A DNA stretch of 64,000 nucleotides, from positions 9,940,385 through 10,004,384 of the forward strand of contig CAJINV010000004.1 of assembly GCA_905178155.1 (NCBI GenBank), in the 5' to 3' direction. How positions within the stretch are numbered: the stretch's first letter is position 1; each line of letters opens with the position of its first letter. A program made the position numbers and the translations under genes. Shown in pieces: positions 35,030 to 46,552 of this stretch. The notes beneath the pieces are model-generated. The model did no database searches and was not told the DNA's origin. It saw only the letters and a list, made by a program, of their open reading frames with translations. Source of the DNA: Amoebophrya sp. A120. Its lineage: Eukaryota; Protista; Dinoflagellata.

Positions 35030-38000
35030 ATGTCGGGAAGTAGAAAACGTAAAAAGGGAACCCAAACGGCCGACGGGAAAGTTGGTTTGTTCTCCGCTTC
35101 AATTCTCGACCACGCGTTGACTAGCCGCGCTTTGAAGGACTGGATATCGGACCTAACTACCCTCGCTGCTTGGGACCTTGCTTTCGAATTGTTTCATTTT
35201 GTTAAGGCCGTTGACGACCCCACCTTCCAACACTCAGAAGACCAGCGTGCCCTCGCGATGCTGATCCAGGCCTACGACGAGGTCGCGGGGCCGCTTCCGA
35301 CGTTTCAGGATTACTTTTTCGTGGGGTCCATGGAAAGTTTTGGCCGCTCAATCCTGCAGTCGGGGAGCGAAATGGCGTCAACGTCAGACGCCGAGTACAG
35401 TGACTGGCACCTGCACCAGAAACTTTCTCGCCCCGACGGACTTGCCGCGTTGAGAAAGAAGTGGAGGATACAGGATGACAACCACGCGAGGAAAGTCCAT
35501 TTGCCGTGGTGTGAGGATCTGTCGATGCGTTGGAGTCTGGTGGCGATCGCGTGCTCAAGATACGAAACTACCTTTTGCCCAGGTCTTGTCCATTGGCTGT
35601 TGACGTCGCCAGCTGCAGAGTGCTTCGACACGACGAAAGAGGCGAGCACCGGCGAGCACCATTGTATTCAAACCACTTTTCTTGATGCAGACAAAAATCA
35701 CACACTCCTGCACGTTCTCGCGGGAGTTGCTGCAGCCGCGGGGGATGCTCAAGAGAACAAGAAAGGTGCGGGTACTGGTGCTACGACGGGGACCTCCGCG
35801 GAGCAGCAACACGTATCAGCACCAGCAGAGAAAATTCGTGTACAAACTGCAGCTGACCTGCTGGAGTTTCTCTTCCGGAAATATCCGCAGCTCGACCCCA
35901 ACGTGAGGGGGCAGCAGGACGGGCGAACGCCCCTCCACCACGCATTGTTGAAGGGTGGGAACGTCCAGGCCGCACGAATCTTGCTGAAGAACGGCGCTAT
36001 GACCAACTATCAAATGGAAATGAAGAAGTAACCCTATTGTACACATGATCAGCATATGGACTAACCGATTCCTCGGAAACAGGTAAGTACATTGGAACTC
36101 CTTACTCGTGGTAGTATATGATGTTTGCTCGACATACGCGCTCGCGATGCTAACATCGTGAAGTCTGATGTTCCCATGTCTGGTGCGCGGCAGTGTAGTA
36201 CGGTTTACAAACTTGTATTGCATATCACCGTTCCTGATGCCGCAAACTTCTATCCTCATCACTACCTGATGCTGGGCAAGGAGCTTGAAGAAATGAACGT
36301 GGCTACGCGCACGGGTAGTAATACGCATTGGGAAATACCTGTGTCGTCGACCGCGGAAACTCCAGTGGGCGTTGTGCAGACGGATGGAACAGCCGGGGAT
36401 CTGCAGCGCGCCATCCTTGAGGCGGGAGGACAACAGGCGCGAGACTTCCTAGCCCTGTTGCGCGCCGAGCGTGAAAACCATGAGAACGCGACGGGCTCTG
36501 CGAGAGGGCAAGGCACGTCGTCGCGGGTGTATGCGCTACTCCAAGCAATGACGGAGAACATCCTGCGAGGCGGGCGGGCGAAGAGCGAGCGGGCTCCACT
36601 TTTGCCGCCCGTCGGGGCATTTTATGCGTCGGCGCCGAGCCGCACAGCCGCAACGCTGACTGGTCCCCACGAGTCCGCTCGTGGGCAGTACGTTCGTGCT
36701 CTGTTCTTCTACGCGTCGAAACCTGTTCTCGCCGCGCGCTGCCTGGATGTGTCTATTGAAACACTGTGGAACGCGTTGCTGCGAGAGCTAGAAAAAGAAC
36801 CGGAGGGGGGCGTCGGCGCGCGCCGGTGCGTGACGGAACTCGGAAAAAAAAATGCACTCTGTGTCGACCGCGACCAGCGGTTTGAAAAAATTCTGGATTC
36901 GCTGGGCCCGGAACAGGACCTCCGCCGCGCGATATTTCTAGAAGCTCTTGTTTATGCTCTGCAAAAGTGTCGCTGCCCCGAAGAATAGCACTGGTTGCAA
37001 ATCTACTTACGTCACTCACTTACTTTTTTGTATTAGTAAGTTGTCTTAGATGAATGAGATGATCAAATAGAGAGACTAGAAATGCAACTCGTACGCAGTG
37101 GCAGTGGGAACGACTCTTTTGTAAAACAAGTATATTTTTCATTCTGCAGCATATCACGAGCTCGCGGACACAGTCGCACGGCTCAATGCCAGTCAGCTCA
37201 CCCTGACTGAACACCTTGCCAAAGAAGAGCGCAAGACGAAGGCGTCAGTAAAGCAGTGCGGCGCCGGGAAGGGCACGAACACGACGAAAGATAAAGCATA
37301 TGAGAAAAAGAAAAATTTTGCGCCGTCTAACGATAAGCTGTCAACAACAACAAATGACAAGGTCGATTCCAGTTGTATCAGAGAGAGCCATGTATTTCGC
37401 AATCGCGCTGCAGTACTTTATCGGCGTGCATGCTTGATGCAGTTTGGCCTTTTTGATGCAAATGAAGTGCAGATGCAGAAGGAAAAGGACGACAACAAGA
37501 GGAACGACAACAAGAAAAACGCCCTTCACTGCCTCGACTGCTTCGTCAACAGCTGCCACGATGAGACGACCGGCGCCACAGGAGCTGCCCCTGAAGAGAT
37601 TCGCCAGCAGCTACCTTCGAACGCAGTGAATTTTTTGAAAGCAACGGCCCTGGACCCCACACTCCCGGCGCACATGAGAAGCAAAGCAGAACGTCTGCTG
37701 GGTGAGGGGGGATGCAGTTTGCTGGATCGAACTTTTTTGTCGTTTCATGCCGAAGACAAACGAGACGCCGACCGTGCCGACTTCGCGATTCTACGCGAGG
37801 AAACAACCTCCAAGGGGTCGTCTTCCCCGGATGACGAGTTCGCTTCAACAGTTGCGGCATCGTCCTTGACGATGAACACCAAGGAAAGTACAAGTAGCAG
37901 CACCAGTGAGCAGCTGACATCGGCAGCTCCAGATTATTCCCCTGCGTGGCGCGACGCCATTTTTTCGGGAGCCGAAGTAGACGAACGAGCAGACGCCCAC

Positions 38001-40199
38001 GATCCCTTGAAGATGACGGGCGCGCTATTGCAAATGCACACGCGCTGGGAACGGGCGCGTGCAGCGGCAGGGAAGAAGCGTGATTTCACAGACATCAAGC
38101 AGCAACTCAAAGGGCTCTCCGAGGCTATTGTGGTGGATGCTCGACACGGCCATCAACAGTTGAAAAAGAAGAACTGGGACGAACAGCTGGCCGACCTGCG
38201 GGGCAAGACGCGCGCCATTCTGTTCGAGCGGGGTAAATCAGTGATGGAGGGAGAAGGTGGAGTGACCGTTCTGTCCGAGCAGAAACTAGACGAGTACGTT
38301 TCCCTGAAAGCTCAGTCGTTCGGGGTACTCCATCGGGCGTACGAAGACAGTGCAGCGAAAACCTCCGGGCCGCAGGCCGGGAAACTCGGCGAAGGTGAGA
38401 ACGGGGAAGGGGCTGTAGCAGGCGAGGCTGGTCCGGCAGTTGGTGCGGGTGAAAAGAAGAAGAAAAGGAGCCGCGCGAACAAGAAGAGAAAAGGCAAAAC
38501 TAAGACCGCCGGAGGTAAAAAGGCTAGTAGCACCGAAGATACTAGTAAAATGAACGAAGCCACTCTTCAAGCGAACCATGATAGTCGCGCGGATGACGAA
38601 GACGCTGTGTTGAGGTCCATTGACGCAAAGCTGCAGCAAGAATCGCGGATCAAAGGTTACCTGCAAGACAGTGCGTTGTTCACCGCCAGTTTCTTCATCA
38701 TGCCAGAAGACGACCATTCTCCCGATCGTGTGGTGGACGCGCACCAACTTCTGCTCCTAACAGGTTACGACATGAGTCTGTGTGAACGAGCCTGGCCTGA
38801 GTGCATCGACCTTGACAACGACCCTTTCTATACCCTTTTCGTTCTGATGTACGCGCAGCCCCCGGGACCTCGAACGGACGCAGTCTGGGGACGATATCTG
38901 CAGGAAATGCAGGACGGAAAACAAACGTCCCAGCGCTCTTACTACGCTTCCGGCCAAAAAGATCACTTTTTGCGGTCGACCGTACTTGATCCAGGAACTG
39001 TGTGCAGTATCTACGCCTGGCGCAATCTGTTGACCGGTCCACACCGCCTTGCGGCCACCTCAGCGATTTGCCGGGACATTGCTACGTGCTTGCGGCTTCG
39101 AACCAGTTCCGTGTTTTTCTGCGAGTTTCTCGCACTACTTCTTGCAGTCGATGAGCAGCGCAATGAAGAGAACCCGCCCCCCTTGTCCTCGAGAACGCCT
39201 TCCGACGCCGCGGACGACCTGCGACGCTCCTTGTGGGGAAGAAAGGTGATGACAGAGAGTGATGCACAGACGCTGCGCGCGCTGGAATTAGACTCGACGC
39301 CAGCACGGATCTTCGTCATCCGGGCCATCAAATCGAAAGACATTTTGTTTTACGTATTACCGGAGATGGACAGCAGCAGGGCCAGCTACAGAACGCACTT
39401 TATCACATGCAGTTTGCATGCTATGCGCCTCATCGCCCTACAGCTTCGAACGTTCGGGGACCCTGACTACGGAAGAACTCCGGACAACGAACCTGCTCCC
39501 ATTCTGGAGGGCTGCGGAGGTAAAAAGGCTCTGGAGACGAAAGAGGCCCAGGCCCTTTATGCGGAGGTGCAAAGACGCGCGCAACAGGATAGCGAGTGGT
39601 ACATTCCGGAGTACGATCTCATACTGTATTCCCAAGACAGTAGGATGGTATTTCGCGTCGACGAGGGCGTCTACGCGACCCTCGGGCCGAACCTGAAGCT
39701 CTCCGCCGAGCTGCAGGAAGAGTTTTCGAATGCATTGAAGAAGGGTTTGGCCTCGCGGGAGAAAAAGGCGAACGGCGTCAAGTTCATCGGCGGTATTGCG
39801 GAATTGAAAATCAATGGCGACGACCGGCTCTGGACGGACACCCGGTATTTTGAGTGCAAACAGACTGCCGAAAAGCAAAGAAAATCCTTCGCCGGCTGTG
39901 GCGCAGCGGCCAGCAGTTCCGCGTCTTCGACGGGACAAAACAAGCCAAAGATCCTCCTTGTTTTTGACCACGACGACAACCACATCGGGGTCAAGCGTGT
40001 TGCAGAGCAGAGTCGGGAAATGAGGGATGTCGAGTGCCCGCCCGCTCCGAAGCGGCAGATGCTGGCCAGCATTAATGAAAAGCGCGCAGCGATGGAAACC
40101 TGCTTCAACCGAGTGAAAGCCTATCCGACTTTCGTCGGAGAGGCCCTGGGCCTGCGTGAAGATCAAAAAACTTTTGAAGATGCTTGCTGCCACCAGTAA
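35030..40199 (+). CDS. Large ankyrin-repeat protein, paralog 2, with a possible RelE-like C-terminal domain
   Basis: Shares motifs with paralog 1 (HFVxAVDDPxF, LPTFxDYF, LSxRWxLxAIACSxYE, YAWRNLL, ICRDI, KANGVKF..G.AELKINGDxRLWT, LLxFDHxDNHxGVxR). Introns near 35998-36140 and 36950-37130; frame is open from 37131 to 40199. Confidence 0.8.
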
Positions 40200-41923
40200 G
40201 AAAGAAGGGCAGTTGCATGCGTCTAAACAAAAAAAGACCTCCTCCAGCTCGTGGAACGGCCTGGCTTTGAGCTACTTTTGGCATTTCGACGTAGTCCTTC
40301 TGTTCTGCTGTCAACGTGTATTACAAGATATCCTTCTGTTGAGATGCGGCCCGCTGTTCGTTTCCGCGTGTACTACACTTAGGTCGGTTTTCTTCTCGCC
40401 TCAAAGTGTCTTTTCTACATTTTGATTCTGTCTTCATCAAAGTCCGTTGTTTATCGTGATCTGCTTGTCCACAATCCGTGCGAGGAGGAGGTGGAGCAAC
40501 GGGGAGAGAGAAAGAGAGAGGGAGAAAGAGAGCAGAATGTGGACGAAGAGTAGTGAGAGAGGGGGAGCGAGGACGACAAACTGCGGCGGGCGCATAATGA
40601 CGTTTGCAAAAGAGTTTCTCTTCTGGTAGTATACAAATGTGTTTGCTTGTGGGCAGTTACAGGACGCTCACGTGCGAGGTGAATCATGGCAAGGCTCGGC
40701 CGCGATATCGGGACCACGCCCGAAACCCTGAGGACAAGAGCTATCCCTTCTGTGGGTCGGCTCAGTTCGACGGGTTGACGATGCGAAGCGAGGCCATCGA
40801 GAAGCGGCGGAGTGGCCTCCGGTCCCGACCACTGCCCGGAATTACGACGGTGGTGCTGCGTGGGGCAGCGGTCTCGTGGCGAACGTCCAAGGGGCCACTT
40901 CACGACGCGGTATCTAAACTGTATCCGCCGACTGGGTGTAGGATTGATTGATTGTGTTTTTGGCGCATTTTTTCCTCGTGTAGGACGAGTAAGTGACTCA
41001 GGCTTATTGAAGCTTCGTTGATCATGTGCAAATCCAAAGTCGGCGGTTGGCATCATGATGTTGTAGATGTACTTTTATACTTTACTTTACTAAACTATAT
41101 TTTTGCAGGTACTGATGCCCCTCGTCGACTCTATGGCGTCTATAGAAGTGACGAGCAGGGAGGTTCGGTCGGCTGCGAGAGACCACCTGGAGTGGTATAT
41201 CCTGGCGAGCAGACTCCTCCAGCTGCTGCAGATTGCGCTGGAGGATGTCGCACTGCCAGGGCAGGTTATGGCAATGGAGCTGGGCCCGGTATTGATCCAT
41301 CCTCATCCTTTTGCCAGGACGACTGCGCCGCGCTGCGGCGGTTCGTCCTGGCGGGGCGCGAGACTTCCCGCGCAGACTTCCGCAGCCTGTGACGGCGAAG
41401 TGGCTGAGCCGCATGACGGCGCGGAAGCAAGGCGGCGGGGCTACGCGACCGGTATGGGCCCCCCCAGCTGTCGCCCGGGTGGCGCAGGCTTTGCGGCGCG
41501 GGCGCGCGGTGTGTCTTTCTTGTCTGCCGTGCCCGTGGGGCCCCGCCCGCCCCGCCCGGGGCCGGCAAGGAAGTGGCCCCAGGGCTGCTTCCCGCATTTG
41601 GAAGCTTGCAAAACCCCACGGCGCCGAGGCCAGCCGGGGCGGGCGCGGCGCATTCATTCCGCCCTTAGGCCCGTTGCCAGGACTACAGCCTCCACCACTG
41701 TAGCCGGGCCGGGGGTGTGTTTGCTCTTTGTTCCAAACATATCCGGTGGCCCGGGCGCCTCCCAATTCTGTACTCAGATACACATCGAATTCTCGTCTCA
41801 GGACGAGGCGTGTGCGCGTGTAGTTTGTTCAGCGATGGGTTACGAGTTCTGAAGGTGAGGCCGCAAAATTCTTCCTTCTGCTGAGCGTTGGCGCATTGAG
41901 GGCAGGGGCGTGACGAGGGATGA

Positions 41924-44761
41924 TTGAGTAAGAGAATGGCGAAAGAGATTCTATTGCAGCGTCACCAGGCCGAACTAGTGGCTGCAATGTGTTTCACGAG
42001 GGAGGTCTCGAAAACGAGATTCTTGTGTCCATCCCCGCACAGCACACAACATCGAAGTAAATGCAGGCTGTGGCTGTCGTCGGTCTGCATTGAAATGAAA
42101 TTGATACCACGAATCTCTCCCTCTGTTATGATGGCGCCAGCCTCAGTTGGTAGCGAGTCCGAGAGCGCCAACTCTCCCGCAGAGGACCGGCCGATTTCGC
42201 TGACCGCGAAGCGTAGCACTATCGCACTCGCAACTGAGGCTCCGTTACAACCGGCGAAGCCAAGACCGACCGAGCGCGAGAAAAGTCTCTCACTTGAGCA
42301 ACCGGGCTTGCGCACTAGTAGTTCCTGTTCGGTCGCCGTCGCGGGGCCGCGGACCCGAAATACCACTCCTGCTGGTGCGTCTCTCTTTCCGCGTTCCACG
42401 TGGGCTGCAATCACAACTCCTGCCTCTGCGCAAGCGGACGGGAATTCTAGCGGAACAGGAAAAGGTAGGCAACAGCCACGCGTCTCGGCACCTGCGTTTT
42501 CATCCTCCGGACGACCAGGTTCTTCTCAGGATGCATATGCAAAGAAGTACGCTACAAACGACGTCACGACGACAAATCGCAGCACCACCGCGTCGACTTC
42601 TACTACACAACCAGTAGAACATCAACAGCATGAGAAAGAGAATGCAGAAGCGGCTGGGATAGGGATGAACCGCATAACGTCCACTCTCACTCCCGAGTTC
42701 GTCCGCCCGTCGCCTGTTTTGGACGAAGACGAGCTTGATGAAGTTGTTGCGGCTGCAGTCGATGTACAGAGCCCTCAGGAAGAATTTTCTGAACTACGCG
42801 CTCAGGAGTTTCTTGACAGAGCTGAGGACGACGATGCGGAGCATGTTCTTGCCGTCGAAGTCGTCGAACAAGGTGGGTTCATCGCACTTGAGGATGATGG
42901 TGACGCTATCGTCGCTGCGATTCCGCCTTCGGAGGTGTCCTCTTCAGAGGAGGAGGGCGGAATCATCGATGGTGTTGAGCCGTTTGACGGTGAAACAGGA
43001 ACGGTAGATTCGACTAAGGAAGGGAGCGAGGTGCGGCTCCTCGTGCAGAACCAGATTGCAAGCGGTGAGGGATTGTTCGAAAAAGGGGACGGCGCTACAA
43101 GATCTCCTATCCTTGGTGACAAGGGTGATGAAGTAGCTGCTGCTCCTGAAGCTGCACTTCCACTTCGAACGAACAACATGATGCAGGAACAGGATCAACA
43201 GCACGAGAGCCTACCCCTCAACGAGGCGGACTGCTCTCTCGTCCCGGCGGTAAAACAAACCCGGTATTTCTCGCTCGACGGGAGTTTGCTGTTCGAGGGT
43301 CACGCACACACGGAGGTTTTTCGCCATCAGGGAGTGGGTTTGAGCACGAGGAATGCGAATAAGAAAACGAGAGCAAGTGTGGTACGCAACGAACATGCGA
43401 TACAGTACGATGAAGGGGAGGAGGTGGAGGATATGGTGGCTGATGCGATCCATGTCCGACGAGAAGAGGTCGCCGAGGAGGAGAGCGCCGTTGCAGCTGG
43501 GAACAGCGGTACAGAATTCAGCGAGGACGAAGATCACGATCATGCACTCATGAAGCGACGCGAACCTTCGAAAGAAGTTATTCTGCAAGGTCGTGCCCTT
43601 GCTGCAGCTGACGGCGTAGTTGCTGAACATATCGAAGATCGCAAAGAAGACCATGTCGCCTCTTTGCACCACCGCCAGACCCGAGTTGCCGCCGCGCCTT
43701 CGGTGTTTGGCCGAGGAGAAGGGTCGAAGCTCTGCGCAGAATTGTCGCCTCGAGAACAAAAAACCAGCCCGCCGCACCAGCAGCAAGGCCGCGTTAAAAC
43801 ACAATATTCATCTTCCCGACTTAGTAAAGACGCAAAGGTGTTCCTCGCTCAATTTGCTGAGCCCAGCCAGAACTACGGAGCACACGCAGATGCTGGAGAT
43901 GAACATGAACGGCAGCTCCCGCCATCCCGTGCTAGCCCGCCTCCTGCGAATCACGCTCGCCTGAGTTCCACCGAGAGCTCCATTGCAGCGCAGTCGAACA
44001 GTTGTTCCAGTGTGCCATCAGAAGAGTTGTTCCGGCGAGGGACAATGTGTCATGAAGAAGGAGATCAGCGCCGCCTCTCGAAAAGACAAGACGGGGAAAC
44101 CCGGGAGGCCTGGTTGCTGCGGCAACGGAGTATGATGCTAGTGAAGAACGAAGAGGAGCAGCAAAATTCCCGATACAGTCCGGGAGATAACGATGCTGGC
44201 AGGAGGGGACAGGATTTGAATGCCAGTTCTCCACTCGGTCAAGTTGCTGGTCAGGAAGGTTGTCATCATGACCAAGACGGCCACGAGGACCTAGAGCAGC
44301 CGCTTCTCGATTTCAACGACTACTCTTTACTCTCATCGCATATCGATGTGGCGTCCGCTCGCTCGGGGAAATCTTCTTTTCTCGAGCTGGAAAACGAAAA
44401 TGATTGCGGTCTGGAGGAAGTGGTAACGCGGTCGACGCGGCGCGTGGCGCCTATGGTGGTGGATGCAAGGAAGACACAAAAGACGACTACTACTCGTGGT
44501 TCAACTGCAAGAGCTGGGCGGAAAATCCCTGTGCACAAAAGAAGCACGAGCGAGGGTGTTGATGCTGATGCCATTGGACCACCACTAATCTCCGAAGGCT
44601 TGCAGAAGAAAGTGCTGCATCACGTCCACATTCATCACCACTATGGGACGCGCGACAAAGATAAGATGCGGGCTGTGATGGCACAAAGCAAGTTGAATGA
44701 CCGCAGTGATGTTTTGTTTCACGAACACCATCACCAACAGGTAAAGATGAAAGGCACTTAA
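41924..44761 (+). CDS. Hypothetical acidic, low-complexity protein (about 880-945 aa); true start probably ATG 42095 or 42128
   Basis: Uninterrupted 945-codon frame; E/D/S-rich; His-rich C-terminus (HHVHIHHH, HEHHH). Confidence 0.65.
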   Translation: MSKRMAKEILLQRHQAELVAAMCFTREVSKTRFLCPSPHSTQHRSKCRLWLSSVCIEMKLIPRISPSVMMAPASVGSESESANSPAEDRPISLTAKRSTIALATEAPLQPAKPRPTEREKSLSLEQPGLRTSSSCSVAVAGPRTRNTTPAGASLFPRSTWAAITTPASAQADGNSSGTGKGRQQPRVSAPAFSSSGRPGSSQDAYAKKYATNDVTTTNRSTTASTSTTQPVEHQQHEKENAEAAGIGMNRITSTLTPEFVRPSPVLDEDELDEVVAAAVDVQSPQEEFSELRAQEFLDRAEDDDAEHVLAVEVVEQGGFIALEDDGDAIVAAIPPSEVSSSEEEGGIIDGVEPFDGETGTVDSTKEGSEVRLLVQNQIASGEGLFEKGDGATRSPILGDKGDEVAAAPEAALPLRTNNMMQEQDQQHESLPLNEADCSLVPAVKQTRYFSLDGSLLFEGHAHTEVFRHQGVGLSTRNANKKTRASVVRNEHAIQYDEGEEVEDMVADAIHVRREEVAEEESAVAAGNSGTEFSEDEDHDHALMKRREPSKEVILQGRALAAADGVVAEHIEDRKEDHVASLHHRQTRVAAAPSVFGRGEGSKLCAELSPREQKTSPPHQQQGRVKTQYSSSRLSKDAKVFLAQFAEPSQNYGAHADAGDEHERQLPPSRASPPPANHARLSSTESSIAAQSNSCSSVPSEELFRRGTMCHEEGDQRRLSKRQDGETREAWLLRQRSMMLVKNEEEQQNSRYSPGDNDAGRRGQDLNASSPLGQVAGQEGCHHDQDGHEDLEQPLLDFNDYSLLSSHIDVASARSGKSSFLELENENDCGLEEVVTRSTRRVAPMVVDARKTQKTTTTRGSTARAGRKIPVHKRSTSEGVDADAIGPPLISEGLQKKVLHHVHIHHHYGTRDKDKMRAVMAQSKLNDRSDVLFHEHHHQQVKMKGT

Positions 44762-46552
44762 AACTGTGACGGACAACGTCGAATAAATACAGAAACAGGA
44801 CCAGCAAAGAAAAAGGGCAAAGGTCGATGGTCGTCTCGCTGCTGACCAGGGAACAAGCTGTTCATGCTGTTCACTGAGTTGAAAACTTGCGTGCGATTGA
44901 GGAAGTGAGTGTGAGACGAGAGGCGGCTAGAGGTTACGGTTGTTGTGCTACTGCCGTGTTTCTTTTGTTCGCTTGTGAGCGGAGTTGCAACGCAGGAATT
45001 CGTGGGGAAAAAGTAGAGACCGACGCGACGAAGTCGGCTGCGGTGGCGCTAGTTGCTCGGCGCGTTGGCCCCTGAATGAGGGCGGGCGGCGCCGTCGGAG
45101 GTTGCGGCCTTGGAGCATGCGCCCGGCGCCGCGACCTGGCTATGGTAGGCTCGGTCGCCGTCCCGCTTTGATGTGGAGAAAAGCGCGGGCAGCCTCCCAC
45201 CCTGCGGCCGGGCGCATGCTCGCAGGCAGGCCGGGGGAACGCCATGAACGTTCAACGGCGACGCCCCCTCGGCCAAGCGAGCTGGTACGTACGTAGCGCC
45301 CGGGCCCCTCTTTCCTCTGCAAGGAAGAACAGACTCCCGCTTCGTGGAACGCCTACGCCGGGAAGGATCCTTTCATCGGGAGCGGCGCCGAGGAGATGGC
45401 TCTCCCGGAGAAAGAGATCGAGAGGGCTTGGCGCGACGCAACGCGCGTGGCGTCGGAGAGCGCGCAAATGCGCGCAAGGTTCCGACTCTTGCATCTCACG
45501 CGGCAGGTCGACAAAACGGCCCCGCCCGCGCCAGATATGCCGCGCGCCCTGTTTCCCACGCGCGCCGCGGCCATTCCCGGCCCGCCGCCCCAAGAACAGG
45601 GCCGGCGGGGCGCGCGCCCCATTTTGGGCAAGGGGATGCACGTTGCCGCCGCCCCGTCCGTATGGCAGGCTGGGCTGTGCCCCAGTTGCCGCGGCGTGTG
45701 CCGTGGATGGAACGAAGGGCGGGCGGGGCAAGCAGCGAGCGGGCAAAGCGCAGTGGCAGGCGCGGCTGCAGTCGTTCGCCCGGTCGGCGTTCTTTTGGGG
45801 CCCCCCTGCCTGTGTCGGTCACGAGAGGCGATAGTGGCCCCCCGCATTTGAAGGCCTATTTGTTTTGGCGCCCGGGCGCGTGGGGCACGCGCGCTCGCGC
45901 TGCGGCTCGTCTGATCCTTCGACCAATCTTCTCTGGCCGCCGCTCTTGAGAATTGAATATCGGTTCTCACGTTGGTGCGCCATGTATGGACAAGGCCGAC
46001 GTGAGGCGCACGCGCACTCAGTTTTGCCGATGAGGAAAAGGGTATGACACTCAGGTAAACCAATGTTGCCGCTCGGTGTTCTTGGCATTGCTAAAGGCTG
46101 AGCTTGCATATTGCCCGTGGTGAGATGACGAGGGAATGCCTGCTAAGGAGTGCCACGACACATTTGGGAAGAAATCTTAAGAGGCGCAATGAGTTATGGA
46201 GCTGATCAGCGTAAGCCCAAACAGCACAAACAGCAGGGCCAGGTGCTGCCCCGGGACAGGAATGACGTTTCTCCAGACCAGTGTTGAGCGATGCAAAAGC
46301 AAAGGAGCTGTTTTCGCTTGTCGGGCTCCTTTTGGCTTACGACCTTTGAATGAAAGGGTTGGCGGGTGGCGGACTTTATTATTGCAACTTCATCTTGTGT
46401 GATAGGGCCTGGACCTGGGGCGAGTAGGTGGGTCTCTTTAATCGGTCCGCATCCGGAAGATCCAAGTATGTCGCAAAACCAGTAGCATACGTACTTGCAA
46501 CATTCTCGTAAATTACGATCGCACGACCCTGCGTAGCGCAGACATCTGTGAG

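Noticed and set aside
45615-45635. CCATTTTGGGCAAG as a relic dinoflagellate spliced leader (CCGTAGCCATTTTGGCTCAAG)
   Set aside because: Only a partial match, inside a GC-rich block and far from any start codon.
45244-46063. Overlapping 150-240 aa Arg/Gly/Pro/Ala ORFs on both strands (also 41082-41852 and 55691-57870)
   Set aside because: Expected from stop-codon scarcity in GC-rich DNA; no domain signal. A small gene at ~40600-41310 cannot be excluded but is unsupported.
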